A stretch of DNA of 36,069 nt from a virus (lineage: Duplodnaviria; Caudoviricetes), in IMG/VR virus record IMGVR_UViG_3300020044_009807, positions 1 through 36,069 of that record, one strand, 5' to 3'. Below are positions 27,036-34,279 of this stretch, piece after piece; position 1 is the stretch's first letter, and each line of letters starts with the position of its first letter. Position numbers and translations under genes: made by a program. The notes beneath the pieces were generated by a model. It did no database searches. It was not told the DNA's origin and was given only the letters and a program-made list of their open reading frames with translations.

Positions 27036-27383
27036 TTAAAGGATTCCAAGGTGTCTAAGATTGTTTCTGGTCTCAGCAATGAGGATCTCACCATTCAATT
27101 CTTCCTTAATAATACAAGTCCATCTGGCCTTGAGTTGTGCCGGTTGGATGTCATATTTCTTACAGAATTGTTCCAAGGTTAGCCTTGGAAGCTTCGGTTT
27201 AGTTGTCTTGCTCAGGATTAGTTTCTGGGCAAGCATTTGATTTTTGTCATTGTCAATAATCCAAGGTTTCTTGTAACCTTGAACTTCAACAGTATCAAAA
27301 GATTTAAGATGCCGGTGCAGTTTGTACAATGGAAGACCGTACTTATCTGCAAACCACAACATCTTCAACTTAACATTTTCCAT
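27036..27383 (-). CDS. Hypothetical DNA-binding protein with two internal HTH-like repeats
   Basis: WFADKYGL...KL and QFCKKYDI...QL repeats. Confidence 0.55.
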   Translation of the reverse strand: MENVKLKMLWFADKYGLPLYKLHRHLKSFDTVEVQGYKKPWIIDNDKNQMLAQKLILSKTTKPKLPRLTLEQFCKKYDIQPAQLKARWTCIIKEELNGEILIAETRNNLRHLGIL

Positions 27384-27400
27384 TTATTTTTTATTTTGTG

Positions 27401-27431
27401 CAAAATTAGATTCGATTTCCAATAATGCAAA
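27401..27431 (-). promoter_or_regulatory. Bacteroidota promoter (TTTG-N19-TAATTTTG)
   Basis: CAAAATTA at 27401-27408 and CAAA at 27428-27431 on the + strand. Confidence 0.6.
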
Positions 27432-27805
27432 TATTTAAACCAGAAGGCCCATATCCTAAGTATAAAGGATCAGAGGACAACCTCCAAAAATCAGTAGCCA
27501 AATATCTGGATGCTAAGGGACTTCTATGGTGTCACCCACCTAACGGAGGGACCCGAAATATAGTTGAGGCCACTAAGTTGAAAGCTATGGGAACAAAGTC
27601 TGGAGTACCAGATTGCCTTATATTTACAAGGAAAGGAGGTTTTTCAGGATTGATTATTGAGTTGAAGGTTGGATATAATAAGCCATCCGAGAACCAGGTT
27701 CAGTTTATGAATAGCCTTGAAAAGGAAGGATGGTTGGTAGTGGTTTCCTGGTCTTTGGACCATTGCATCGCCCTGATTGATTGGTATGTCTCTCTGGATA
27801 AATAA
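27425..27805 (+). CDS. VRR-NUC domain nuclease (Holliday junction resolvase-like)
   Basis: SEDNLQ, HPPNGG, GVPD, IELKVGYNKPSENQ motifs. Confidence 0.9.
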   Translation: MQIFKPEGPYPKYKGSEDNLQKSVAKYLDAKGLLWCHPPNGGTRNIVEATKLKAMGTKSGVPDCLIFTRKGGFSGLIIELKVGYNKPSENQVQFMNSLEKEGWLVVVSWSLDHCIALIDWYVSLDK

Positions 27806-27858
27806 AAGAAAATTTGCACAATTGATAACGACCCATTTCATTTGCTGAAAAAAAACCA

Positions 27859-28302
27859 ATGGAAAATTATTTACCAGTAGAGCAAACCACACTTGGAGTG
27901 TGGAGCATTACAGACTACAATCCGGAGACAAAGTATGTCAAGATTCAGGATGACCAAAATGTATCAGTCTGGATACCTATTATATTTTGGCAGTGGCATG
28001 AGGATGGAGCCAAGCTAAGAGCCAAGGCAGACAACTTCCGTAAGAGCCGAGACTACTTTAAGCAAGAAAGGGATTTACAGAAGATTGCTCAATCAAAGGC
28101 TTTGAGGGATCTTAATGAGAAGCTTGAATTGGCAGTAGCCAGAAATGAAAGTTTAAGACATATCGAATCCTTGTTTGAATGTATGAATGAGGAAGTAGGT
28201 GAAATGGAACACAAGATTACCTTCTGGAAGACCGTAGGTATTGCGTTGACCCTATTCGGACTTGGTATGTTTGGATTAATCTGTATGTCTGCACTAAAAT
28301 GA
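27859..28302 (+). CDS. Coiled-coil protein with C-terminal transmembrane helix
   Basis: 147 aa, ends FWKTVGIALTLFGLGMFGLICM. Confidence 0.7.
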   Translation: MENYLPVEQTTLGVWSITDYNPETKYVKIQDDQNVSVWIPIIFWQWHEDGAKLRAKADNFRKSRDYFKQERDLQKIAQSKALRDLNEKLELAVARNESLRHIESLFECMNEEVGEMEHKITFWKTVGIALTLFGLGMFGLICMSALK

Positions 28303-28601
28303 GAAACGACTTTTCAAAGTTTACTGCCTTTGTTCGGGGCCTGATTGAAACCGGTTGGGTAATCAAAAATTCAGATAGGGTTCTTAGGCAGGATGTAAAG
28401 CTTCACTTTAACCGGTTAATGAATAATGCCACCGAGTTTGAGAAATTCCTTCACCTACAACTTGGGGAAGAGATGGCCCAGGCAGAGGATGATATTAACT
28501 CAGCCATTACGGATCTTGTCTGGCAGATATTCGATATGGAAGAAGCCGAGGCTCAAAAGTTTTTTGAACACATCAATAACTTTGACTCAATAAATTCTTA
28601 G
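28299..28601 (+). CDS. Hypothetical protein
   Basis: 100-aa ORF, ATGA-coupled. Confidence 0.7.
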   Translation: MRNDFSKFTAFVRGLIETGWVIKNSDRVLRQDVKLHFNRLMNNATEFEKFLHLQLGEEMAQAEDDINSAITDLVWQIFDMEEAEAQKFFEHINNFDSINS

Positions 28602-28606
28602 TTTTG
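28599..28606 (+). promoter_or_regulatory. Bacteroidota -7 promoter element ahead of the replication leader
   Basis: TAGTTTTG. A second match, TAACTTTG, lies at 28577-28584. Confidence 0.55.
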
Positions 28607-28620
28607 TAATGCCTTACGGC

Positions 28621-28740
28621 CCGGATTGAGACCCCGGTTTAATAGAGACAAATGAAAAATTTTAAGACCATATTCGGTAAGTACATAGCAGGGTATGTTT
28701 CCCCTGGTCTCACTATGGAAAACCGGATATGGTTTTTTAT
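28621..28740 (+). ncRNA. Structured cis-regulatory leader RNA (putative)
   Basis: Hairpin with TGAGACC in its loop; 15-bp stem with two nested stems and a bulge containing the complementary GTCTCA; T-run. Confidence 0.6.
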
Positions 28741-28747
28741 TTTATGA
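28652..28747 (+). CDS. 31-aa leader peptide (uORF) coupled to the initiator
   Basis: MKNFKTIFGKYIAGYVSPGLTMENRIWFFIL*. TGA overlaps the initiator ATG (ATGA). Confidence 0.5.
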   Translation: MKNFKTIFGKYIAGYVSPGLTMENRIWFFIL

Positions 28748-29463
28748 AAACAAGAGACTCAATGATTTTTTATCGCAGTTTTTATGAGGCGATAAAAGAA
28801 CTCCCAGAACGGAATCAAGTAGAGGTTTTAAGGGCAATTTGTGAGTTTGGATTCGATGGATCTGAGCCAGAAATCTCTGGATTATCAAAAACTATTTGGA
28901 TACTTATTAAGCCTAATCTTCAGGCAAATAGGAAGAAATGGGAAAGCGGATGTAAGGCAAAGACTAAGCAACCTAAAAGCAAAACAGAAGCAAAGAATAA
29001 GCAAACACGAAGCAAGGTCGAAGCTAATGTATATGTAGATGTAGATGTAGATGAGGATGGAAATGAGGATAAGGATAAGGATAAAAATGAAAAAGGTTTA
29101 ATGGTCCTTCCTGCGGAAGTACCTAATAAAAAATTTTTAAAACCTTCACTTCAGGAAGTCAGCCTTTATGTTCAAAGTAAGGAACCACAAGCAAACAAAG
29201 AACTGGTTTACCAGTTTGCAGAAAAATTCTGGAACTTCTACGAATCCAATGGATGGAAGGTTGGCAAGAACCCAATGAAAAGTTGGCAGTCAGCAATCAG
29301 AACTTGGAATGAAACCCTACAAAAAACAATTAATCCCTTCAAAGAAAGTTCCGCAAAAGAAAGTTTCCCTTTTTCGCCCCAGAAGAAGGGTTCCTGGGAC
29401 TCACGACAATCAGAGTATCTTCGGGGCATTGAATCAATCATAAACGATACAGAACTAAAATGA
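28744..29463 (+). CDS. Replication initiator protein (DUF6291-like N-terminus)
   Basis: RDSMIFYRSFYEAIKEL N-terminus, low-complexity iteron-bearing linker, C-terminal FWNFYESNGWKVGKNPMKSWQSAIRTW. Confidence 0.8.
   Translation: MKTRDSMIFYRSFYEAIKELPERNQVEVLRAICEFGFDGSEPEISGLSKTIWILIKPNLQANRKKWESGCKAKTKQPKSKTEAKNKQTRSKVEANVYVDVDVDEDGNEDKDKDKNEKGLMVLPAEVPNKKFLKPSLQEVSLYVQSKEPQANKELVYQFAEKFWNFYESNGWKVGKNPMKSWQSAIRTWNETLQKTINPFKESSAKESFPFSPQKKGSWDSRQSEYLRGIESIINDTELK
28922..29026 (+). repeat. 11-bp phased iteron array, putative replication origin
   Basis: AAGCAA at 28966, 28977, 28988, 28999, 29010, with variants in phase at 28922, 28933, 28944, 28955, 29021. Confidence 0.75.
29035..29088 (+). 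repeat. Hexamer repeats (GTAGAT x3, then GAGGAT/AAGGAT variants)
   Basis: Encodes the VDVDVDEDGNEDKDKDKN linker next to the iterons. Confidence 0.7.
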
Positions 29464-30278
29464 AAGTAATGAATCTTATTCCCACCACTAATACCCTTCC
29501 CGGTAGGCTTGCGGTGGAACTTGCCAACAATAGACAAGCAGTTGTCCTGCGAATCTTCGAAGAAATAAACCGCAGTGCCATCGTGATGGGGATATCCGTA
29601 GAGGCCCAGAGTGCAAAAAGAAATGCCATCGAATCCATAGACCGGATAAAAGAACAATGGCCCCAGGCGCACATCGAAGATATCTGTGAGGCCATCAAGA
29701 TGGGAGCCTTTGGCCAGATAAGACTGGAGAACCAACTTCATACCATGTCTGCATCCAATATTTTCAACTGGTACAAGGACTTCCGGATGAACCATCAGGA
29801 CAAAATGAAATCCCCACCACCACCTCCACCCGAATACCAAGAATTTATGATTACAGAAGACATGAAAACCGCAATGATCAGGAAGTCGTTTTTTCGCTTT
29901 CTAAACGACCCATTTGAGTCCGACCATATGATAGACCCATATTACAACAAACTCATCACCTTGGGTGTGTTACGGCCTTCTGATGAGGTAAAGACCTTGG
30001 CCTATCATGCTGAGATTTTTAAATTGGTCAATAATGTGCCAATGGACTTCATGTATGACAAGCCAAAGAGGTTAAAATGCCGGGAGTTTCAGAACTATTA
30101 CGATGGTCTGGAAGACAAGACAAAAATCAACTTTGCCATGTGGGCCGACAACCCTCTCCACAAGAGAGCCATCATCATGGCCAAGAGAAAAATGGTAGTT
30201 GATTTTCTAAAAACTGCTGACAAAAATGCAATCATGGATGCCTTCGATAAACACCACGAAAATGGAAAATCCGCTTAG
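29460..30278 (+). CDS. Hypothetical replication-associated protein (helicase-loader position)
   Basis: 272 aa, ATGA-coupled to the initiator, hexa-proline linker. Function from position only. Confidence 0.55.
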   Translation: MKVMNLIPTTNTLPGRLAVELANNRQAVVLRIFEEINRSAIVMGISVEAQSAKRNAIESIDRIKEQWPQAHIEDICEAIKMGAFGQIRLENQLHTMSASNIFNWYKDFRMNHQDKMKSPPPPPPEYQEFMITEDMKTAMIRKSFFRFLNDPFESDHMIDPYYNKLITLGVLRPSDEVKTLAYHAEIFKLVNNVPMDFMYDKPKRLKCREFQNYYDGLEDKTKINFAMWADNPLHKRAIIMAKRKMVVDFLKTADKNAIMDAFDKHHENGKSA

Positions 30279-30441
30279 ATATAACGAAGTTGTGGATGCC
30301 TTGGAAAGGCTAATCGCAAGGTCCAGATACAAAGAACAGTTTGCTAAAACCAGAGAGGTCCGAAAGGAACACCAGGCTAAGGCAGACTTCCACGAATCAA
30401 TCCTTCACTACTTAAAACTTAGAAATCATGCCCAAGGATAA
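30262..30441 (+). CDS. Small hypothetical protein
   Basis: MENPLRY... start at 30262 after an A-rich leader is preferred to 30226. Confidence 0.6.
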   Translation: MENPLRYNEVVDALERLIARSRYKEQFAKTREVRKEHQAKADFHESILHYLKLRNHAQG

Positions 30442-30604
30442 CTACAAAGTAGCCGATGAGAAGAAGCTGAACAAGGTTGCCATCTACCTGAATGACCAGG
30501 AGAAGGAAGAACTTATGAAGGCCATCGGAGACCGGAAGATGAGTGTAGTCCTTCGGTCTTTGGTCTTTGAGTTTGTTAGGAAACATAAAATGTCCCAGAG
30601 ATGA
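30428..30604 (+). CDS. 58-aa ribbon-helix-helix-like regulator (not in ORF track)
   Basis: MPKDNYKVADEKKLNKVAIYLNDQEKEELMKAIGDRKMSVVLRSLVFEFVRKHKMSQR*. Fills the gap and is ATGA-coupled to the next gene. Confidence 0.7.
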   Translation: MPKDNYKVADEKKLNKVAIYLNDQEKEELMKAIGDRKMSVVLRSLVFEFVRKHKMSQR

Positions 30605-31074
30605 TAGTTACTCTTAACGACCATGAGATGATCCTGGTCAAACTTCTGGGACTGCTCCGGCATCATGCCAACATTAGTGCCAAAACCATAGACAGAAAAA
30701 GATCATCTGAGGATGGAGCCGATATAAATATTACTGGAGTAATGGCTGAGTATGCCTTCTGTAAATGGAAAAATGTATTCATGGATTGCTCCACAGAAAA
30801 CCGAAGTGGTAGTTATGATGTCTTGTGCAATGGACTCCGCATAGACATCAAGGCCACCAAGAACGAGAATGGAAATCTAATCTGCCAGTTGAAAGAAAAC
30901 TTGGATGTGGATATTTACATCCTTGCCATAGTCAACCAGAACTCAGTTGAGTTTATTGGTTGGATATCCTCTATGGATCTTCGCAAAGAAGAGAATATAA
31001 AAGACCTATCCGGAAACGGAAGTAAATGCTACTTTATGGAAAGGAGTAGGCTAAAGAAAATCCCGAAGGATTAA
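30601..31074 (+). CDS. PD-(D/E)xK-like nuclease-fold protein
   Basis: GVMAEYAF...GSYDV...IDIKAT pattern. Confidence 0.6.
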   Translation: MIVTLNDHEMILVKLLGLLRHHANISAKTIDRKRSSEDGADINITGVMAEYAFCKWKNVFMDCSTENRSGSYDVLCNGLRIDIKATKNENGNLICQLKENLDVDIYILAIVNQNSVEFIGWISSMDLRKEENIKDLSGNGSKCYFMERSRLKKIPKD

Positions 31075-32108
31075 GGTCTCTGCCAACCCTGCTGAATGAG
31101 TCCTGCCTGCTCACAATCAAAGCAAAGACCTTCGGCCCTTAGATTTAATTGTCTGGCCCAGATGTTAAGGCTATCAGTATAGTCTGCAATGAAAGTAGCC
31201 ATATTTCTTTCGGTGAACTCCCGATTGCCTTGAGCAAAGTAGTTAGACCTCTGGGAGGACATCTTATTCCAAAGGACATAGTAGCAAAGAATATTCGCCC
31301 AGGCATCTTGAAGGAATTCCTTCTGGCCACAGATAAAGCTATCCAAGCTGCACAAAAGTTGTGCATCCATATAAACCCCAGACTGAGTGAAAGAGTTGTT
31401 CCAGTCAGTACCAATGGAGTAATTAATTGGAGCCGTAATCGGGAAGATGGACCAACCATTTCTCATGATCAATGAGAACCTACTGGCGCAATCTATGTCC
31501 ATTTGATTCCAACCATAGTCCACAAAGAATCCTGATGTGGTATCCAGATTGGTGCAATCCACCAGAGCCACAATATTCACCTTATCAAAGTCAGAGTAGA
31601 ATACCTCATTCACCGGAACATAGTTCATGCCCTTTTCCATGGTATAAACACCACTGTCAAGTTCAGTACCATCCTGAGTCTGAATTATTTTCCAAGGCAC
31701 ATCAATAACGGCAGAAGGCCCAGAGTTATAAACCATTAAGGTTTTAATCCGGAGGCCAAGGTACTTCGATCCAGAGATGGATACGAAGGTTCCACGATAC
31801 TGCTCTGATGCAGGCAAAGGAGTAATGGTAGCCCACTGGTTTACGAATTGATTGCTTGTCTGGAACAGAACCTGGTCAAGCTGCGCCTGAGCAGACTTAA
31901 ACAAGGCAGTCTGCACATCCCTTTTAATTCTCTGGTAAGCAACATTCTGGCAAGACTGCCAAAATCCTGCGTAGGAAGCCTGCTCTGGAGTAGAAATCTT
32001 CTCCAGAAGTTCGGTGTTCATACCGGGGTAATCGTTGATATAAAGGCCACTTAACGGAGTAGTACTGGTACATCCTAAAAGACCTATGTAATCATGCAAG
32101 CAATTCAT
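31071..32108 (-). CDS. Probable virion structural protein (possible head-tail adaptor)
   Basis: 345 aa, composition like the other virion genes, Cys at both termini (MNCL...GC, CFDC). Function inferred. Confidence 0.5.
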   Translation of the reverse strand: MNCLHDYIGLLGCTSTTPLSGLYINDYPGMNTELLEKISTPEQASYAGFWQSCQNVAYQRIKRDVQTALFKSAQAQLDQVLFQTSNQFVNQWATITPLPASEQYRGTFVSISGSKYLGLRIKTLMVYNSGPSAVIDVPWKIIQTQDGTELDSGVYTMEKGMNYVPVNEVFYSDFDKVNIVALVDCTNLDTTSGFFVDYGWNQMDIDCASRFSLIMRNGWSIFPITAPINYSIGTDWNNSFTQSGVYMDAQLLCSLDSFICGQKEFLQDAWANILCYYVLWNKMSSQRSNYFAQGNREFTERNMATFIADYTDSLNIWARQLNLRAEGLCFDCEQAGLIQQGWQRP

Positions 32109-32124
32109 GGCAAATATTTTGGCT

Positions 32125-32132
32125 CAAATATA
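32125..32132 (-). promoter_or_regulatory. Bacteroidota -7 promoter element
   Basis: TATATTTG on the minus strand. Confidence 0.55.
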
Positions 32133-32136
32133 AAAT

Positions 32137-32171
32137 AAAAAACCCCAGTCCTAAGAGCAAGTAACTGGGGT
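32137..32171 (-). terminator. Intrinsic terminator after the lysis cassette
   Basis: ACCCCAGT / ACTGGGGT inverted repeat followed by a T-run on the minus strand. Confidence 0.6.
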
Positions 32172-32211
32172 ACAAAAAACCAAAAAAATTATTAATCCTG
32201 ACAGGGCAAAG

Positions 32212-32430
32212 TTAGTCTGCGTTCTTCTCACTTCCAACTGTGGTAATCCTGAAAATTTTATTTGTCAAGGCCACCCAGGAGCCAAGGATTTGAGCAAGGA
32301 TAAACATTAGAATTGAATCGGTGGTCTCAACTTGCTTTGTTTTGTAGAGATAACCTACTCCGAAGAGAAGTCCAATAAGAATTACGGTTGTAGCCGTATA
32401 AGCATAGACTTGCATCCTTCTGGAAAACAT
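32212..32430 (-). CDS. Holin-like two-TM membrane protein
   Basis: Two hydrophobic helices and a charged C-terminus. ATG 32430 lies just after the upstream stop. Confidence 0.6.
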   Translation of the reverse strand: MFSRRMQVYAYTATTVILIGLLFGVGYLYKTKQVETTDSILMFILAQILGSWVALTNKIFRITTVGSEKNAD

Positions 32431-32438
32431 ACTGGGTC

Positions 32439-32759
32439 TTATAGGCCCGGCAGGACTCCTTTTAGAAGACCGCCCAGAAACCGCCCTCTGCGTTCTGCTC
32501 TGTCCGTTTTGCTGATCCTGCTGATGTTGCATGAATCAATATACAAAAAGGATTTTGCTAATATTTTAGTGGTATTCTGCAAAGAATCAACTTGACCAGA
32601 CAATTGATTGTTTTGTTTGAGTACTGCGACATTAATGGTCTCAATCCTTACAAGATCCTCTTTGCACTTTTCCTTGAATGTGAAAAAGTTGTAGGCCAAA
32701 ACCCCGAAGGCAATGGTCAAGGCAAATATTGCAACTGACTTGATTTCTATTTTATCCAT
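32439..32759 (-). CDS. Inner-membrane spanin-like protein
   Basis: N-terminal TM helix followed by a coiled coil, within the lysis cassette. Confidence 0.5.
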   Translation of the reverse strand: MDKIEIKSVAIFALTIAFGVLAYNFFTFKEKCKEDLVRIETINVAVLKQNNQLSGQVDSLQNTTKILAKSFLYIDSCNISRISKTDRAERRGRFLGGLLKGVLPGL

Positions 32760-33052
32760 AGCCTTATTTCATCTTTAATAATCTGCCAAAGAGACTTTCT
32801 TTTGGTCTTAGTCCCAAGTTCAACATTCCAAAAGTTACCACGAATCCTAATAACAAAATCATAAATGGCTACAAAAAGTCTGATTGTAAGGAGCATTAAC
32901 CAACCATGCTTGAGCATAAACTGCTCCCAGTGCGGATAATCGGTGGGAACAATCTGCATGAAGTTGGCATAAGCCACAAATGCGTAAGCCGGGATGTCTG
33001 CTATAAAATTGATGAGATTCTCTTTTAGGAGATGATGCTTTAGTAAAGCCAT
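32747..33052 (-). CDS. Holin/antiholin-like membrane protein
   Basis: Hydrophobic segments and basic C-terminus, overlapping the endolysin stop. Confidence 0.55.
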   Translation of the reverse strand: MALLKHHLLKENLINFIADIPAYAFVAYANFMQIVPTDYPHWEQFMLKHGWLMLLTIRLFVAIYDFVIRIRGNFWNVELGTKTKRKSLWQIIKDEIRLWIK

Positions 33053-33408
33053 ACTACTTCTTTATCTTTCGTTGGATCGCAGTCAACATGGATAAAGCCA
33101 TTGGCAATTCCTATTCTCGTGAATCCTGCTTTGATAAGACCTGAAAGTACCTGGAATCTTAAACGACTTCCACCTGAGTTTGGTAAGTCAATATCTGCTG
33201 CCCATCCAGTAAGGTGAGCCGAGTCTGCTTTTCCATCTGCTTTTGCATTAGCAGCCTTGGTTCTGTAACCAGAGTTTATCTTAAATGGAACACCGGCCAA
33301 GGCTCTGGCATTATCAAGCCTCTGAAGGAATTCAGGCTTCATATTAATACCAGAACCCGGAAGGTCTGGAGAGTCAAACTCATCAAGTTTGAAATACTTC
33401 ATTTCCAT
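33040..33408 (-). CDS. Endolysin, peptidase M15 family
   Basis: INSGYRT, SAHLTGWAADI, FIHVD zinc-peptidase motifs. ATG 33408 preferred. Confidence 0.9.
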   Translation of the reverse strand: MEMKYFKLDEFDSPDLPGSGINMKPEFLQRLDNARALAGVPFKINSGYRTKAANAKADGKADSAHLTGWAADIDLPNSGGSRLRFQVLSGLIKAGFTRIGIANGFIHVDCDPTKDKEVVWLY

Positions 33409-33413
33409 GGCCA

Positions 33414-33421
33414 CAAATATA
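33414..33421 (-). promoter_or_regulatory. Bacteroidota -7 promoter element for the lysis cassette
   Basis: TATATTTG, 5 nt before ATG 33408. Confidence 0.6.
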
Positions 33422-33496
33422 GATTCTACTATAACCCGAAATTAAAATAAAAATTTGCACTAACTAAACTCATTGTGATATTTGCAAAAAAATGGT

Positions 33497-33670
33497 ATGA
33501 AGCCTCTATTACACGAGCAATTAACCTTTAAGGTTACAACAGAAATTTATGATAGAATCATTAAGTATGGTCAAGGCCGTAAGACTTGTGAAGTAATGAG
33601 AGAGATTGTTGCCAAGTTTCTGGATACAGTAGAAGACAAAGAAGATGTACGGAATACTCCAGAAGCTTAG
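33497..33670 (+). CDS. Small ribbon-helix-helix-like protein
   Basis: EQLTFKVTTEIYDRI...CEVMREIVAKFL strand-helix-helix pattern. Confidence 0.6.
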   Translation: MKPLLHEQLTFKVTTEIYDRIIKYGQGRKTCEVMREIVAKFLDTVEDKEDVRNTPEA

Positions 33671-33845
33671 ATCCGGTAAGTGGGTTGTTGAATATAAAGA
33701 GGGAATCATGCCATTTCTCTGGACCAGTCTATATCCAATTGCACCGTGGTTGGAGGTCAATGAGGATCATCTGGATTCCACCAATGATATAGTCCTATTC
33801 CAACCGGTATTGTATAAAGGGGTTTATTATGCAGAACCAATATGA
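33645..33845 (+). CDS. Hypothetical protein
   Basis: 66-aa ORF in an overlapping chain of genes. Confidence 0.6.
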   Translation: MYGILQKLRSGKWVVEYKEGIMPFLWTSLYPIAPWLEVNEDHLDSTNDIVLFQPVLYKGVYYAEPI

Positions 33846-34072
33846 CTGCTCTACAAGAGTTGTGCAAGAAGCTGGAAGGGAATATCCGGAAAGGATGGGT
33901 GGACTACTACCTTGACTTAGAAAAGAAACAAATAGTTAATGCCTTTGAGACTGGTCAATGGAATGGCCTGAACTCTTACAAGGGACCTCTGGTTTCTGGG
34001 AAATACTATTACGATGAGGTTTTTGGGGATGATGGAATGAAAGATCCATTGCCACCAGAAGATATTGAATAA
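33842..34072 (+). CDS. Hypothetical protein
   Basis: 76 aa, ATGA-coupled, EKKQIVNAF...YYDEVF motif seen in small phage proteins. Confidence 0.7.
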   Translation: MTALQELCKKLEGNIRKGWVDYYLDLEKKQIVNAFETGQWNGLNSYKGPLVSGKYYYDEVFGDDGMKDPLPPEDIE

Positions 34073-34085
34073 ACCAAGCATTTTA

Positions 34086-34279
34086 AAAAAAAGGGCGAAA
34101 AAAGGGCGCACTCCCAGAATGCCCCGAAGATTTTTTGCCCGAAGGTGAGTAGCTTGGACTGGGAACCGGTCCCAGAATTTTTGGACTAAAGGTGAGTAGC
34201 TTTCTGCGATCATGCGATCATGCCCAGGCACCGGTGTGCGCCCAGGTGCGTGTGCGTATGTACCTGTGTGCGTACGCAT
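34086..34279. repeat. GC-rich non-coding repeat cluster (candidate genome terminus / packaging region)
   Basis: AAAAAAGGGCG x2, AAGGTGAGTAGCTT x2 (34142, 34189), CTGGGA/TCCCAG hairpin, TGCGATCA x2, alternating purine-pyrimidine tracts. Confidence 0.65.

Noticed and set aside
28664-28736. tRNA-like reading of the stem-rich leader
   Set aside because: No T-arm GTTC motif, no D-arm and no four-way cloverleaf.
29238-29840. 200-aa minus-strand ORF
   Set aside because: Antisense to two well-supported replication genes; its WWWW run mirrors the poly-Pro codons on the + strand.
34142-34202. Two 14-bp repeats 33 nt apart as a mini-CRISPR array
   Set aside because: Repeats are too short, there are only two copies, and no cas genes are present.
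33917-34279. 120-aa minus-strand ORF across the GC-rich repeat region
   Set aside because: Low-complexity translation of repeats, overlaps a + strand gene, and has no leader or promoter support.
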